Source of the DNA: an uncultured Candidatus Bathyarchaeia archaeon
GTDB taxonomy: Archaea > Thermoproteota > Bathyarchaeia > TCS64
NCBI GenBank assembly: GCA_964559155.1
Contig: CAZLHA010000003.1
Coordinates: 1 to 40,225 of the forward strand
Reading direction: 5' to 3'
Length of the DNA stretch: 40,225 nt
The translations under genes were made by a program, and so were the position numbers. How positions within the stretch are numbered: position 1 is the first letter of the stretch; every line of letters starts with the position of its first letter. Of this stretch, positions 39,730-40,225 are shown piece after piece. The notes below the pieces were generated by a model that was given only the letters and a program-made list of their open reading frames with translations, ran no database searches and had not been told where the DNA came from.

Positions 39730-39787
39730 AGCGATGGCTTATGAGACACTCTTAAAATCACTGCCCATGTGGGAGTGCGATTGAAAT
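39558..39787 (+). CRISPR. Type I-C-like CRISPR mini-array: 3 identical 32-nt repeats, 1 degenerate terminal repeat, 3 spacers (34, 34, 35 nt)
   Basis: GTCGCTCCCCTCGCGGGAGCGTGGATTGAAAC occurs at 39558-39589, 39624-39655 and 39690-39721. The degenerate ATCACTGCCCATGTGGGAGTGCGATTGAAAT lies at 39757-39787. The repeat has an internal GCTCCC/GGGAGC stem and ends in the I-C-type ATTGAAAC. The spacers are unique. Confidence 0.88.
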
Positions 39788-39867
39788 TGTGGTGTGCGCT
39801 ACAAAGACGCCCCGGTAAATTTATCCCACGAGTCAACTATGGACTGGCAGGTGCGGGGAGCTTTCTA

Positions 39868-39893
39868 TGCCGGGTTTGGCCGGCATCTTTTTT
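39868..39893 (+). terminator. Rho-independent terminator downstream of the array
   Basis: TGCCGG-gtttgg-CCGGCA (6-bp GC-rich stem) followed by TCTTTTTT. Confidence 0.5.
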
Positions 39894-40100
39894 AAAATCA
39901 TGGATGATTTTAAGATGTCGGTCACCTCGGAGCAGCCCAGGACGGGCTGCGAGAATGAGGCAGAGGAAGTTCCCCGCCACCTGCCCATGGCATAGAACAA
40001 ATTAGCCGTGGGCTACCCCGGCTATTGACTATGCCGGATGTATGTATTACTTGTATGGTACCAAATTAAAAAGTAACAAACCGATTCACGGAGATATGAC

Positions 40101-40225
40101 ATGTTAAAAACCAAAGAAGTAGCGGGAAGTTTTCAAGGTGCCACAAAGTACGTGCTCGACAGTGAGCTCGCTTCAATCGTCAACATTTCAATGCGACTCG
40201 AGATGCCGCTGCTTTTGAAAGGAGA
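40101..40225 (+). CDS. AAA+ ATPase N-terminus (MoxR/AAA_5-like), partial; probably host chromosome
   Basis: Translation MLKTKEVAGSFQGATKYVLDSELASIVNISMRLEMPLLLKGE. The ...PLLLKGE segment is the lead-in to the Walker A (GEPGxGKT) of MoxR/CbbQ-type ATPases. The ORF runs off the window. Confidence 0.45.
   Translation, partial: MLKTKEVAGSFQGATKYVLDSELASIVNISMRLEMPLLLKG

Noticed and set aside
39933-39949. Second hairpin CAGCCC-aggac-GGGCTG downstream of the array, considered as a terminator
   Set aside because: It is not followed by a T-run. The 39868-39893 hairpin already fits the terminator role.
38770-40100. Search for a tRNA gene, att core repeat or integrase marking the prophage end
   Set aside because: No tRNA-like T-arm (GGTTCGAAT-type) or cloverleaf was seen. 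No integrase ORF is present in the window, and no obvious direct repeat of this region is seen at the left edge, which is coding. The boundary cannot be set from this window alone.

Overview
Almost the whole window is one tailed-phage (siphovirus-type, probably prophage) genome segment. Its left end runs off the window. At the right end sit a small CRISPR cassette and the first 125 nt of a host-like AAA+ ATPase gene. Layout: (i) 1-2596, a leftward operon with a small HTH protein, a Rad50/SbcC-like zinc-hook ATPase and a partial HTH/small-terminase-like protein. (ii) 2597-2747, a divergent promoter region. (iii) 2748-33217, one long rightward late operon. It runs large terminase, portal, Mu-F/SPP1-gp7 head morphogenesis protein, scaffold-like protein, decoration-like protein and HK97/encapsulin-like major capsid protein. 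An 8.4-kb island of 13 tightly coupled sugar-modification genes follows: 2 DUF115/Maf-like transferases, a GT8-like GT, a GT4, 2 paralogous GT-A proteins, a PIG-L deacetylase, a SAM methyltransferase, 2 sulfotransferase-like proteins and a truncated SDR. After the island come neck genes, the tail tube, G/G-T chaperones with an A_AAA_AAC -1 slippery site, a 1785-aa tape measure, distal-tail/hub/fibre proteins (one with a C1q/TNF-like head), a DUF5675-like putative lysin and a 3TM holin. (iv) 33224-38583, a leftward early operon driven by a consensus promoter with an apparently leaderless RHH gene. It includes RecT ending in an SSB-like DDDDPF tip, an MBL-fold hydrolase split exactly in its HxHxDH motif by a CTT_TGA_C site, a DUF932-like protein and Zn-ribbon proteins. 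(v) 38638-39120, iteron-like direct repeats plus a very AT-rich tract. (vi) 39042-39893, a compact unit of promoter, 33-aa hydrophobic peptide, small ORF, 4-repeat type I-C-like CRISPR mini-array and terminator, with no cas gene anywhere in the window. No rRNA, tRNA, integrase or transposase was recognised. The two most unusual items are the glycosylation/sulfation island inside the virion structural operon and the cas-less mini-array at the phage end. All functional calls come from motif recognition by eye and gene order; no database search was possible.
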